A stretch of DNA of 64,000 bases from Octopus sinensis (taxonomy: Eukaryota): positions 23,932,001-23,996,000 of the forward strand of contig NC_042998.1 of the NCBI RefSeq assembly GCF_006345805.1. Reading direction: 5' to 3'. The number at the start of each line of letters is the position of its first letter. The first letter of the stretch is position 1. This document shows, piece by piece, positions 38,639-52,745 of this stretch. The notes under the pieces are model-generated. The model did not search any database. It was given only the letters and a program-made list of their open reading frames with translations, and was not told the origin of the DNA. The position numbers were made by a program, and so were the translations under genes.

Positions 38639-39919
38639 TCCAGGCCTAGCTGGGTGGGGGTGCTTGTCTCCTCCTTGTAAACATAAGGATACAAGAAATG
38701 TGTCATTATGTTGACAGTATACAACTACTCCATCGTACCACTACTGCTTATATCTCTCTGGGATATTTAGAAGTGTAATATGTCTATCTTTAAGAATAGT
38801 TTGATACAAAATAATTTTTTTTAATACTAGAAATTTTAAATAGTAATTACTTATCAATTTCTGAATGATATGTTCTTTTACTTGTTTCAGTCATTTGACT
38901 GTGGCCATGCTGGAGCACCACCTTATCTAATTTAAATATTTTTTTGATTTAATTTATTTTCAAATCAACCAGGTTTGTTCACTTTTATCATGAAAAATAT
39001 ATCATAACAAGTGTAAAACGCGAACGAGTCTTCCTGTCTGGTTTTATTAAATTTTGCTCAATAGAGCTTCATTTCACATCTTATATATATCATCGAAGGG
39101 AGTCCTTCTAAGCAGCTACATCCGTTATCTACATTTTCTCTGAATTATGCAAAAAGACGAAAAAAAAAACATGAAATTGAATTGTAAATTAACATACCTT
39201 GCGGTGAAAGTTACGTTGAGTGAAAATTAATAGTATCATAAAAAAAGTGGTACTACTCTGGTTATCTGTAGTTATTTGGAGGGAGGGAGTCATTGTTTGT
39301 TGTTCCCCGATTAATCCATAAAGCGCTAGGATTTGCACTTACATAGTATGGACTGCTGAGCCCATTTTATGAAAATGAAACTACCATGCACACATAAAAA
39401 CACAAAAAAATAGTTAAAATATCTTCTTAGTATATAATGGTGGCAAGTTTTGCATCATCCAAAATGTCATTAGTTGAACTATTAGTCCTCTGGCATGCTG
39501 GGGGGTATCAGAGCGTTTGAGTGACATTAGACCCCCAGCAAATGCCTATAAATTAAATGCATCTATCTGGGCCACAATCGTGGCCTGTCGACCTGTGCCT
39601 GATAGCCACGATCACGGTTCGTTGTGCTTTATGTGTTAATGGGATTAAAATTAAAGCAAGATAGATTGTGGTTGGTGGGAATTTTTGGCAATGTTAAAAT
39701 TAGATTTTAAATTTATGGATTTGTTTTAAAATATGCAATCACAAAGTTTAATTTTCACAGGAAAAAATTCAACAATCAAGAAATAATGATCCTAAAGCTA
39801 AAATATATAAAATAATAATAACAAGAGCACAGGCCATCACCAAACCTGGAGATGATTTTTAAAATGAGAATATCTGAAATAAACTTGACTGCTCTCACAG
39901 ATGGGAATACTAAAAATGA

Positions 39920-40152
39920 ACCCGACTGCTCTCAAAAATTAAGTAAAAAAAAACGGGAAAAATAATCCAAAATCGTTGTCCGGTACCTGATCAATCCCAA
40001 AATCTAATCAGTTTGTGCCAGTCACAAGGCCAAACATCCCTGAAAGTTTCATCCGAATCCATCCCGCAGTTCTTGAGATATCTTGTCCACAGACAAACAA
40101 ACAAACACAACTGTAAACAATACTTTCGTCTCCGTTAAGGCAGAGGTAATAA
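39920..40152 (-). mobile_element. Helentron/DINE-1-like non-autonomous element
   Basis: Minus start TTATTACCTCTGCC, (GTTT)n tract, GGATGGATTCGGATGAAACTTT body. Confidence 0.55.
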
Positions 40153-40393
40153 AAAAATTTTCAATTGCACATGCACCTTGGATTTTTACATGATCTAAGA
40201 GAGTTGGACCCCAGCTTTCGAAAGGTTTTCGTCAAACGACCGTTTCATTCAAGAAGTTCGGTAGAATTGTTAGAGCATCGGACAGAGTGTTTTGTGGTAT
40301 TTTTTACGGTCCTTCACATATTGAGTTTAAATCTTGATGAGTTTAATTTTGCTTTTAATTTTTCTGGAGTGTATATATGCATGCATACATACA

Positions 40394-40429
<36 letters not shown>

Positions 40430-40431
40430 CT

Positions 40432-40800
40432 TATTTTTTACTTGTTTCAGTCATTTGACTGCGGCCATGCTGGAGCACCGCCTTTAATCGAGCAACTCGA
40501 CCCCGGGACTTATTCTTTGTAAGCCCAGTACTTATTCTATCGGTCTCTTTTGCCGAACCGCTAAGTGACGGGGACATAAATACACCAGCATCGGTTGTCA
40601 AGCAATGCTAGGGGGACAAACACAAACATACACGCACACATATATATACATATATACGACGGGCTTCTTTCAGTTTCTGTCTACCAAATCCACTCACAAG
40701 GCTTTGGTCGGCCCGAGGCTATAGTAGAAGACACTTACCCAAGGCGCCACGCAGTGGGACTGAACCCGGAACCATGTGGTTGGTAAACAAGCTACTTACA
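40432..40800 (-). mobile_element. SINE-A
   Basis: Same consensus, reverse. Confidence 0.9.
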
Positions 40801-41146
40801 TTTCCTTAGTAGCATTATAGTTTTCTTTGAATATTAACTACTTAAGAACCAAGGTTATTAACAATGTTGATAAAGTCAAGCAATGCATGTTTAGCCTCAC
40901 AAGCAGGGCTGGATTGAGACCCAGAGAGGCCCTAAGTACTTAAAAATGTTGGTTTCGCCTTATATATGTGATTCAGATTCTAAACAATAATAAACCATGA
41001 AATAATTGCTTATTTTTCAAAATGAAACAAAACTAACAGTAAAATAGAAAACGATTATTACAATAAAATAAATCTGGTTAAGATATCTTGTCAACTGCCT
41101 TTGTAATGAAATTTTTAAATTGTAAAGAGACTTTATGGACACCCTG

Positions 41147-41195
<49 letters not shown>

Positions 41196-41386
41196 TGTGT
41201 GTGTCTGTGTGTGTATATATATATTTATATGATGATGATCATCATCGTCGTCGTTTAACGCATGGGTTGGATGGTTTGACTGAGGACTGGTGAGCCAAAA
41301 GGCAGCACCAGGCTCCAATCTGAACTGGCAAAGTTTCGACAGCTGGATGTCTTTCCTAACGCCAACCACTCTGAGAGTGTAGTATA

Positions 41387-41419
<33 letters not shown>

Positions 41420-41760
41420 GATTTTGATTTTTGATTTTGATTGATTTTTCCAGTTTCAGCTAATGAGCTGTGGCCATGCTGGGGCACCGCCATTTATATA
41501 TATATATATAATAAATTAATAAATAAAACATATGCATGTATATATACATATATGTACGTACCTACCTCTACATGTATATATACACGCATATATGGGTACA
41601 GGACACCAAAAAAACGTCGAACACAATGAGAAACGAAAACATAAACACAAAACCAAGGAACTGGACATTTTTCTTAAACAACGAAAAAATAGAGTACAGG
41701 ACAAAAAACACAAGGAAAATTCCCCTTCTTCAGTCGCCATGGTGTCATCTACTCTGCGTT

Positions 41761-41810
<50 letters not shown>

Positions 41811-42821
41811 GAAATGAGGTAAGTTCCTGTGTGGGGAATTTTATAAAATGATCAAAATTCCCCACACAGGAACTTAGTTTGATTTGAAAACCCCACTAGA
41901 ATGGGAGAACGCGCTAATGATCTAACTGATATGATATATATATAAAAAATGTAATATATAAATAAATATCTGTAAATATAAGCCATCTGATCTTCTGAGT
42001 ACCTCATTTCTTCTAATATATAATACCTGTACATCATCTCCAAACCTTCCAATATATATATATATATATATTACATTTTTAAATAGAAAACCATCCAGGA
42101 GGCAGTTTTTCTGCTCATGCCTATGATGAATGTACACAATTTAGAGGCATTCCTACATTACTTTGCCTCAGATATTCTCTTTCTTTGCAGCTTTTACCAA
42201 GATATGTTCACATTTGTTGAGTCACAGTCTTTTTTTTTTCCTTTCTTTATAACAGTATAAATGATCTCTTTCCAATCTGAGATAACAACCAAAACAACAA
42301 CAACAACAATAATAATGATAATAATTAGTCCATTGTGTTTTTGGTTTTTTTTAACAGTTTTAGATATATTTCATGTGTAGCTATGCGTTTATATCGTTTT
42401 AAAAATTATCATCACTAGAAACTTTCCAACGATTAACACCATAAATTACTTTGTCAGAAGATTAAGCCCGAAGGAAAGCAGATATTTAAACAAACATTCT
42501 TGAGCAACCAATCATGATGTAGATAACATCTTCAACACAGATGTGGCACAACTATCAGATTTTATCTTATCATAGCTACTTGGAGATGGTTTTGTCTTTT
42601 GCAGATAGCTGAGTGTTTGAAATGCTCTTTTAAACAAAATAAGACGTATGGGCATATAGCAGTTCCAGGGCTGATTATTCTATTATGTTTCGTAAAATGG
42701 CAGCTGCATATCAAATATACATTTATCCATTCTGTTGTTCACTGTGTATTTATTTTCTTTATAAATTTCTATTTGTACGGAGTATTTCCATGTTGAGAGC
42801 ATTTGCCGCAGAACATTTTTT

Positions 42822-43338
42822 ATAATAATAATAATAATGAAATTATTGTATACAGTGCTCAGGTGCACCACAACTTGTCAAACAGTGCGTATAAAGCATA
42901 TGCAGTAATGTAAAAAATGTCTGCAAAGTGAACAGTGTATGAGTCAGATACATGCTTGCGTGTGTATGGAGGGGAGAAAAGCAGGTGTAGTGTTGGCGAA
43001 TCTCAGGAAGCATGGAAGTTTTGAAGGATGCAGTGCTCCAACAACTAACAACTGATGCCGGCAGTTTGTTCCATGCTTCAGCAACTCTTAGCAGGAAAAA
43101 ATGTTTCCGAAAGTCATGGGAGCTGTGCTGTTTTCTGACTTTGTAAACATGTCCGCGGGTGTTAGACAGGTTGTTGTTGAAAAGGTGATCAGAGTTATTG
43201 TTAGTAAGATGGTTAATACTTTTATGGGTATCTGCCAAGTCAGCTGCCAGACGTCGGAGTTTCAATGTATCCATGCCCAGGGAAGTAAGGCGTTCAGAAT
43301 ATGGCAAATGCCTGATGGAGGGTATTCTCTTGGTTGCA
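42822..43338 (-). mobile_element. 5'-truncated CR1/Jockey-group LINE, second copy
   Basis: ORF 42843-43307 YSERLTSLGMDTLKLRRLAADL...RVAEAWNKLPASVV; close match to 28040-28545. Confidence 0.92.
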
Positions 43339-43957
43339 GTCGCAAACCTTAGATGCTATATGCTTTTCGAATGGAAAATGTCGTTGTTGTATTGGATGTT
43401 ACTGGAGGAATATTACGAATGGCATTCAAAAAATTCTTTGGATCAAGTTTATGATTCTCATCCGCTCTCCCACGATATGCACAAATTGCGACTAATTGAG
43501 TGAAAGTATATATAAATCATTTTAAAAATATTCAGAGATGGTTGTCTGCGGTTAATACTTTTTATGACTTAATGTTCATGCAAATAAATTCTTCGTATTC
43601 TATTTTAATTTTATTTAAAATTAGGATGTTTAGAAAAATTAAGTCAGTCTCAATACTTGGTTAATACTTTGGTATATAAACACAGCATAATCAGAAGAAT
43701 CATAATAAATTTTGATACTAGAAAGCATGGCTCTGAGAGAAATATCTAGATGTGCAGATAGAAGGTCTCATGACGGACCGTTTTATGGTTTACTGACTGC
43801 CCCTCAGAGAAGACATACAAAATTTGCACAATCAAATAACATAGACAATGGAGTTATTATATAAAACAGGCCATCTCCAGTGTGGAAAACTTAATATGTG
43901 TATTTGTGCTTTTGAAGATTCATTATAAATTAGACTATACATGCATATATACATACA

Positions 43958-44365
43958 TACTCTTTACTCTTTTACTTGTTTCAGTCATTTGACTGCGGCC
44001 ATGCTGAAGCACCGCCTTTAGTCAAGCAAATCGACCCCGGAACTTATTCTTTGTAAGCCCAGTATATATTCTATCGGTCTCTTTTGCCGAACCGCTAAGT
44101 GGCGGGGACGTAGACACACCAGCATCGGTTGTCAAGCAATGCTAGGGGGACAAACACAGACACACAAACACACACACACATATATATATATATACATATA
44201 TACGACAGGCTTCTTTCAGTTTCCGTCTACCAAATCCACTCACAAGGCATTGGTCGGCCCGGGGCTATAGCAGAAGACACTTGCCCAAGATGCCACGCAG
44301 TGGGACTGAACCCGCAACCATGTGGTTGGTTAGCAAGCTACTTACCACACAGCCACTCCTGCGCC
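43958..44365 (-). mobile_element. SINE-A, near consensus
   Basis: Same consensus, reverse. Confidence 0.92.
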
Positions 44366-44466
44366 TATACATAGCTAGATATAATTTGCACATCCAATTT
44401 TTAATTTGGATGTGTTGTTTTAAATGCCATAAGCTGCAGTAGTTTCCCGAGAAAACATGTATAGAC

Positions 44467-44745
44467 GCTTAGTGCTGAATAGCTCAGATTATATCGGCAG
44501 ACAAAATTCCATCAGCACCGACACTTTATTTCGCGTTGCTCCAGTCCACTCAGCTGGCAAAAATGATAAGTACCTGTATTTCAAAGAGCCAGCCAAGTCA
44601 CACTCTGTGTCATGCTGAATCTCCCCGAGAACTACGTTAAGGGTACACGTATCTGTGGAGTGCTCAGCCACTTGCATGTTAATTTCTCGAGCAAGCTGTT
44701 CCGTTGATCGTATCAGCTGGGACCCTCATCGTCGCAACCGACGGA
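44467..44745 (+). mobile_element. SINE family D body
   Basis: Homologous to the minus-strand copy at 790-1282. Confidence 0.6.
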
Positions 44746-44833
44746 GTGCTCCTATGTATGTGCCATGATAGACCGTTAGCTCCTACACGCATTTTTTCTT
44801 TCCTTGTTTCTCTCCTTGTTTCTTTTCTGTGTA

Positions 44834-44871
44834 TCTTTCTGTCGAAGAGCGTAGGCTCGAAACGTAAAAGA
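44834..44871 (+). ncRNA. Hammerhead-like motif, CUGUCGA core
   Basis: TCTTT CTGTCGA A GAGC gtag GCTC GAAA CGT A AAAGA; stems I and II fully paired. Confidence 0.65.
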
Positions 44872-45171
44872 CTTGTTCTATTTCTATTCCTGAGCGCCAT
44901 ACTAATACATTTATTTGTTTGTACTCCACCTGCCTTCGTCTTTTGTTTATTTTCGTAAACCCTCCCGTTACGTACGTACGTATGTGCATACACATGCATA
45001 ATGTACTTAGATATAGATAGATATGACTGACAATCTAGGTTCCTCTTACAGCAGTGTAACAGCTTCTGTTGTGGTCACATGCAGCTTATTTCGTTCTTTT
45101 ACTCATTGAACATTCATTGGCGCGAAAACACGTTCAACATTACTATCATGTGTCGGTATGCTGCAGAAGTA

Positions 45172-45672
45172 CGCGGCGAGCTGGCAGAAACGTTAGCACG
45201 CCAGGTGAAATGCGTAGCCGTATTTCGTCTGCCGCTACGTTCTAAGTTCAAATTCCGCCGAGGTCGACTTTGCCTTTCATCCTTTCGGGGTCGATTAAAT
45301 AAGTACCAGTTACGCACTGAGGTCGATATAATCGACTTAATAACTATGTCTGTCCTTGTTTGTCCCCTCTATGTTTAGCCCCTTGTGGGTAATAAAGAAA
45401 TAGGTATGCTGTAGAAATACGCGGCGAGATGGAAAAGGCAGTGAGCTGGCAGAAACGTTAGCACGCCGGGCGAAATGCTTAGCAGTATTTCGTCTGCCGT
45501 TATGTTCTGAGTTCAAATTCCGCCGAGGTCGACTTAACTTGTCATCCTTTCAGGGTAGATAAATTAAGTACCAGTTACGCACTGGGGTCGATGTAATCGA
45601 CTTAATCCATTTGTCTGTCCTTGTTTGTCCCCTCTGCGTGTAGCTCCTTGTGGGTAGTAAAGAAATAGGTAT
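45172..45672 (+). mobile_element. Two tandem SINE-B copies (45172-45405, 45437-45672)
   Basis: Near-consensus copies; the spacer repeats the upstream flank ATGCTG.AGAA.TACGCGGCGAG. Confidence 0.92.
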
Positions 45673-46596
45673 GTTGTAGAAGTACTGACATAAAATTAAC
45701 AACCCTGAACATTGCATTTTAAATTCTATTTGAAATCCAGAATGACATTTTTCATGGTATGTCTTTCTTTTCCGTTCTACAGGTTTATTTTACATCTCTC
45801 GTTCAACGAGTAATTTTTTATTTTTGAGATAATGGCCATTGACAAAAGAGAGCATTGATCTCATTTTTTAGCCCGTTCTTACTTAACACTACACATAATG
45901 ATTCAGTTTGTTCCTATGTTAGCAGTGTATTTAATAACACCATTCCAATCCACAAGATAATAATGGCAAATGCTGTAATAATTATCAAGTTGCAGTTGGA
46001 ATTTGTTTTTTCCTTTTTTTTATTCTTATTTATTGTTCAAACATAATATCCTTACAATTAAGACAAACCGTGACACAGAGATAAATTTTCATTAATTATT
46101 TCGTCTATAAAAACCACCGACTTGCATTAAACAACGAAGTACCTCAACAGCATTCTTTACTCTTTTCTTCATTTTCGTAATGCTAATGGTGAAAAGATAC
46201 GGAAACTGCCAACAAAAAATAGTAAGCTACCTTCACACATATGTATGTATGCATGTACGTACGTGTGTGTGTTTGAAGACAAATTTTCGGAGCCTATTTT
46301 ATCGGAATTAAAGTAAGATCTCAGCGCTTTGAATTAGTGAGGATTCTCTCCAATGCATTCATCAAAAGATTTAGCAGGTAAGAGAAGTGAAGAATACAGC
46401 ATCTCAATAAAATCACTTACATCCCTTTAATTATTCAGTTTGAACAGCATAAATGCTGAAATAAGAACACATTTTTATGACAATTGAAACTCAATGAAAG
46501 AACATCAACTACAAGTTGAGCAGAATGATGCAGAAACTCTTATTATTTATGCTTACATCAATTACTCCATGGTGTTGTATTGCATTTATAATAAAA

Positions 46597-46994
46597 CTAG
46601 CAGTATCGCCCGGCGTTGCTCGGGTTTGTTTTCTTTTCGACCCTTTAGAATTGGAATTTTTGAAAAGTAAAAATTTTGTATTATGTAGCTTGTTATTCCC
46701 TTTAAGTGAACATTTTCCTGGTTGAAATACACCGAAAAATGGTGATACAGCAGTCAAAAAATTGTAAAAAATAGGGATTTTCATAGAAAAAAAGCACCTG
46801 TTTGATGTAAATAATTTTTGGTCTTAATATGGTTCGATTTGAATTTTTTCTTCTATGGAATAAAGAGCAAGCCTTCTTCTATTATACTCTCAATTTTAGT
46901 CAACTTGCGCCGCAGGGTCACGGAGGAGATAGTGTTAGTTGAAGCCTACCAAACCTGTCACACACACAGACAACTTCAGCTATATATATAAAGA
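46597..46994 (-). mobile_element. Non-autonomous Helitron
   Basis: Minus A|TCTTTATATA start; 3' CCCGAGCAACGCCGGGCGATACTGCTAG|T. Confidence 0.85.
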
Positions 46995-47039
46995 TAAATA
47001 TATACCAATTATAAAAATAAAAATTAAACCCAGTACTGT

Positions 47040-47119
47040 ACTATTTCAGCTTCACGGATTTTCACCTATCGCAAGGGATTTTGGAATGTAACTCCCATCA
47101 TAGTCGAGGGATTACTGTA
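47040..47119 (-). mobile_element. Tigger/pogo-like terminal inverted repeat
   Basis: Minus TA|CAGTAATCCCTCG...GGGAGTTACATTCC...GAAAATCCG. Confidence 0.6.
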
Positions 47120-47325
47120 CTGACTGGTCGACCACTTTTCTGCGTATTGTAAAAGGACCCAGTCTACTCAAATTTATCCCATTTTCTGTAAATTGTTAAT
47201 CTTGACAGAGCTGGTCTTTGAAATTCTTCAGTCCATTTCTAGCTAACCATTTCTGCATTCTCTGCTTTCCTGTACTGCATGATGATCCACTTTCATTCAT
47301 TTCCAGCTATACAACTCATAATTTG
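47120..47325 (-). pseudogene. maT/rosa-type transposase N-terminal HTH relic
   Basis: WIIMQYRK...SRLTIYRKWDKFE*TGSFYNTQKSGRPVS resembles the DUF4817-type TI.R...KF..TGS.....SGRP motif. Confidence 0.65.
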
Positions 47326-47691
47326 AATTAGGAATAATAATTTATTATAGAAAGAATTAATTAAAAAGAACATAGAATTTTATCCTAAAAAAAAAAAGAA
47401 ACAACAAATAGAGAAACGAAAAGAACATTCTACTCACATTAAGCAACTCTATAACTACTTTTTCTTACCCTTGTCTTCTACGGTTTCACCTCTTTTGCCA
47501 TTGCAAAATACAAAAATAATTTCTTATGCAGTAGGTTTCAGGCCAGAATTGCAAGGAGGAGTGTTTACCAATTAAGTTGACCCGAGCACTTAATTGATAA
47601 GTTCATTGTATAATTTCCTGTTCCTTTGTTATCTATTTAATTCATATTACACTCTCTACTTAACTATTAATTTATTGTTTTTTCTATGTCC

Positions 47692-47727
47692 CTTTCTGTA
47701 GAAGAGCGTAGGCTCGAAACGTAAAAG
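47692..47727 (+). ncRNA. Hammerhead-like motif, CUGUAGA core
   Basis: CTTT CTGTAGA A GAGC gtag GCTC GAAA CGT A AAAG; downstream flank homologous to 44871-44965. Confidence 0.6.
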
Positions 47728-47815
47728 ACTTTTTCTATTCCTGAGCATTATACTAATACATCTGTTTGTTTTTGTATACCACCTGTCTTCGTCTTTTGCT
47801 TTTTTTGTAAACTCT

Positions 47816-47868
<53 letters not shown>

Positions 47869-48070
47869 ATAGATAGATAGATAGATATAGATATATATAT
47901 TTATACATATGTATATATATACATATATTCTCATCAGGTTATTGTTATACCTAAGTGAAACAATGTAAATATATAATGTATGTAACATGTATGTGTATAT
48001 TGTGTGTGTGTATGTATATACATATATATGTGTGTATATATATGTATGTATATATATGAGTGTATGTATG

Positions 48071-48102
<32 letters not shown>

Positions 48103-48353
48103 CATAGGTATATATACGTATGTATATATATATATGCATATATGTATGTATACATATACATAAGAATTTTTTGCGTAATGTGATAAAAAAAAACAAGGCT
48201 GTGTAGATATTAGAACATTTATAGATAGAATGTCTTACAGCTGTTTCCCGAATATTTATTAAGTATATCCATTCATCGGAGACGTTTGTGAGGATTTTAA
48301 GTAATATTTAATTTAGACAGGATACAAAATAGTGAGTATGTTTATATGATGTT

Positions 48354-48398
<45 letters not shown>

Positions 48399-48707
48399 TA
48401 TATATATATATATATAATATACATATACATATATATATATATGATGTGTATGTATATATATATATATATAATACGACTCTTAACACCTCTTCTCCATCTT
48501 TAACTGTTTGTTGAGTTTCTAATAGGATACGTGTTCTATAAATGCTCATAATACACCTTATCCTTGTAACATTTTCATATTCTTAAAACACTTACAACAG
48601 TAAGCTACCAATGTAATATGAAGAATCTGTATTAGAAATCGACCTTTGCCCCCCCCCCAGTAAAGGATGAAACAGAACTCAACCTTTTCTCATATATATA
48701 TATAAAC

Positions 48708-48965
48708 AATTGCAGCGTGGAAGGTGTTTATAAGCAGTTTAAGAAACACACAAAAACCGTTAGATTCACTTCAACATTTGAATTTAATTTGTCAAAATAT
48801 TTTAGTCGCTTTGAGACCGCGTGCAGTACGAAGTTTTGTCAGTGAACAGGTCGCGATCTCAAAGCGACGAAAATATTTTGACAAATTAAATTTAAATGTT
48901 GAAGTGAATCTAACGGTTTTTGTGTGTTTCTTAAATGGCTTATAAACACCTTCCACGCTGCAATT
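48708..48965. repeat. Inverted repeat, arms about 108 bp
   Basis: CAATTGCAGCGTGGAAGG...CTTTGAGA versus TCTCAAAG...CCTTCCACGCTGCAATTG. Confidence 0.95.
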
Positions 48966-49139
48966 GAGTTCATTCCAGCACACGAATCAGATCAGGTCAC
49001 TTGCTAAGCAAGTACATCTCCGTAATATATGTATATATATATATATACTGTTTCACCATGTCTTCCCATTTGTGAATCTAACAACTTTCTTATTGCTGTC
49101 TGGGGAATGAAGAACAAACTGTGTATATTACATGTAGAC

Positions 49140-49501
49140 ACGAAAATGAAAAATAATATAATATAATAATAATAATAATAATGATAATAATGATGACAAT
49201 AATAATAATAATAATAAGATAATAGAAAATAATAATAATATATAATAATAATAACAACAATAATAATAATGATAATAGTAATGATGATATAAATAATCAA
49301 ATAATAAGAACAATAATAATAATAATAACAATAATAATATAATACAATAATAATAATAATAATATAACAATAATAACAATAATAATAACAATAATAATAA
49401 TAATAATATAATGATATATAATAATAATAATAATAATAAAATAATATGATAATAATGATAATAAAATAATAATAATATATATAATAATAATGATAATAAT
49501 G

Positions 49502-49532
<31 letters not shown>

Positions 49533-49705
49533 CAACAACAACAACAACACAATATAATAAAATAATCTATAATAATAATAATATAATAATGATAATAATA
49601 ATATAATAATAACAATAATAACAATAGTAATAATAATAATAATAATAATAGTAATAATAATAATAATAATAATTATAATAATAATAATGATGATGATGAT
49701 GAATA
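49140..49705. repeat. Degenerate (AAT)n microsatellite
   Basis: Direct reading. Confidence 0.95.
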
Positions 49706-50199
49706 AATAAAGATACCAGCAAATTACTTTCATTGCTCTGTCATAGCTTATTTCATGCCGTCTCCTTGCTTATCTAACCGGTATTACGCAGATATACACG
49801 CACGTACACGTATATATAATATATGTCTACTTTCACTTTCACTATCAATCTTATTCCCTTTCTGTGCTTCTATTACATACTAAAATAACAATGAAACAAA
49901 TATATAACGAGAACATGAACGACAAAGTAAAAAAAAAAGAAAAAGAAAAGAAAGAAAAAAGAAAAAAAGGAGAGAAAAAAAAAGAAAATTAAAACAATTA
50001 ACACAAGAACAACAAGAGTGAAAAAAAAAGAAATAGAATAAAAAAAAACACTACCTATAGAAAATGGAGGTCTTATTCAATGAAACGTTATTTGCTAATG
50101 ACGGAAACAAGTTAATAGCCTCATTAAACATCTCTGACAACGGCTGTCAGTAGTTAAGTCACATCAGTTGGGGTTAAGTCGTATCAATGTTGTGTTGCT

Positions 50200-50686
50200 G
50201 CTTGTTTGGTTATGTGACGGTGGGGGCGAGGGTAGTGGCGGTGGTGAAGGTGGTGGCGGCGGTGGCGGTGGTGGAGGTGGTGGTGATAGTGGTGGTAGTG
50301 GTGGTAGTGGTGGTGGTGATTGTGGTGGTGGTGGTGGTGGCGGTGGTGGTATTTGCGGATAAGGTTGATCGTGGTGGCGAACTGGAGAGGCGGCGGTGGA
50401 CGATGATACAGGCGGCTGGTTGACGTTGCAGATGAGAATAATAATAATAATGATAATAATAATAATAATAATAATGATAATAATAATAATAATAATAATG
50501 ATAGTAATAATAATAATAATAATGATAATAATGATGATAATAATAATAATAATAATAATAATGATAATAATGATAATAATAATAATAATAATAATAATGA
50601 TAATAATGATAATAATAATAATAATAATGATAATAATGATAATAATGATAATAATAATAATAATAATGATAATGATGATGATAATG

Positions 50687-50723
<37 letters not shown>

Positions 50724-50753
50724 TATTAATTAATAATAATAATGATAATAATG

Positions 50754-50800
<47 letters not shown>

Positions 50801-50813
50801 GATGATGATAATG

Positions 50814-50844
<31 letters not shown>

Positions 50845-51417
50845 AATAATGATAATGATAACGATGATGATGATAATAATTAATAATAATAATAATAATG
50901 ATGATGATAATAATAATAATAATGATGAGGATGATGATGATGATGATGATAATAATAATGATCCTTTCTACTAAAGGCACAAGGGCTAACATTTTGAGGG
51001 AGGGGACAGGGAAATAGTTGATTATATCGACCCCTGCGTTTCTCCGGTGCTTAATTTACAGGTCCCGAAAGTATGAAAAGCAAAATGGATCTCGGCGGAA
51101 TTTGAACTCGGAACGTAAAGACGAATCATATGCTGCTAAACATTTTTCCCGGCGTACTAACGATTCTGCAACCTCGCCACCTTGATGATGATGATAATAA
51201 TAATAATAATATAATAATCCTTTCTACTAGAGGCACAAGGGGTGGGGACTAGTCGATTATATCGACTACAGTACGAAACTGGTACTTAATTTATCAACCC
51301 TCAAAAGGATGAAAGGCAAAGTCGATCTCGCCGGAATGTGAACTCAGAACGCAGCGACGGGAGAAATTCTGCTAAGCACTTCGTCTTGCGCGCTAACGAT
51401 TCTGCCAGCTTGCCGCC

Positions 51418-51462
<45 letters not shown>

Positions 51463-51469
51463 GTAATAG

Positions 51470-51520
<51 letters not shown>

Positions 51521-51528
51521 TGATGATA

Positions 51529-51583
<55 letters not shown>

Positions 51584-51606
51584 TAATAGTAATAGTAATA
51601 ATAATG

Positions 51607-51646
<40 letters not shown>

Positions 51647-51705
51647 TATTAATCATAATAATAATGACAATAATAATAGTAATAATAATAATAATAATAA
51701 TTTCA
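50200..51705. repeat. (GGT)n and (AAT/GAT)n tracts containing two minus-strand SINE-B copies (50960-51185, 51217-51420)
   Basis: Direct reading; both SINE-B copies carry tail 2. Confidence 0.9.
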
Positions 51706-52642
51706 TTTATTTGCTACAAGGGTGAAGGATGAGGGGGGGGGCAATACGGAGCCACAGAAAGTGGGGGTGGGGTTACATATAATAATGAAATGATATTTAA
51801 AAAAATGATAATGGTGGTGGTTGGTGGAATACTGACTAATGGTGATGATGGTGACAGTGAAGGTGGCGAAGTTTACGCAACGTGTGGAAATAAAAGACTA
51901 CGGTGTGGGAAGCTGGAGTTACGATACTGATTGTGATGGCGGTGAGAGCAGCAGAGGTCGGTGTAAGCTGACGGATGATGTGACGGTGCTGAGAAGCCAG
52001 GGAATAATGGTGATGGGGGGGAGGGTGGAAGAATCGGTGGAGCTTATAGAATGATATGGTGTTCGTGGTGGTAGGTGGGGGGAAGCTTGCAGATAAATAT
52101 GCGGTGGAGTCTGGAATACTGGTCGTCGCGATACTGGCGGAGATGGAGAAGATGAAGGTTGTTAATAACGTAAATATGAAACCCGCGAAAAGAAAGACAA
52201 GAACAAAACAAACGAAACAAAAAGCAATAAAGAAAAAGTAAAAAAACGCTTGGAGTGAGAAGAAATGATTGTAGTGCTGTCGGTGGTATGTGTGGGTGTT
52301 GCAGTGGTTGCTAACGTGTTTGTTGAGGTAGTGCTGGATGGTTTGATGTCAACGCTTCTAAAGTGTCGGTGGTTAGGGATTTACTTCGTGGCGGTGCAAT
52401 TGTGACAGTTGACGGTCATGTTTGCGGCGGCAGTGGTGGTTTAGTGTTGTTGCGGTGGGACTGGTAACTAATACTGTTAGATACACACTCACGTACGTTT
52501 ATACACACTCACATACGTTTATACACACACACACACACATCACATATCTTCAGATTTTTCAATATGCTAGACCACTGGTTTTAAATTGATATTAATCAAA
52601 TTAATATTCAATTTTTCACCCTTATTTTAAATTATATATATA

Positions 52643-52696
<54 letters not shown>

Positions 52697-52745
52697 AATA
52701 TAACACACACACACATATGTATATATATATAGTATATAATATAAC

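Noticed and set aside
41725-41765. Minus-strand GAAACGCAGAGTA ... CTGAAGAAGGGG, a possible permuted hammerhead
   Set aside because: Could not form stems I and II; upstream sequence is lost in (TA)n.
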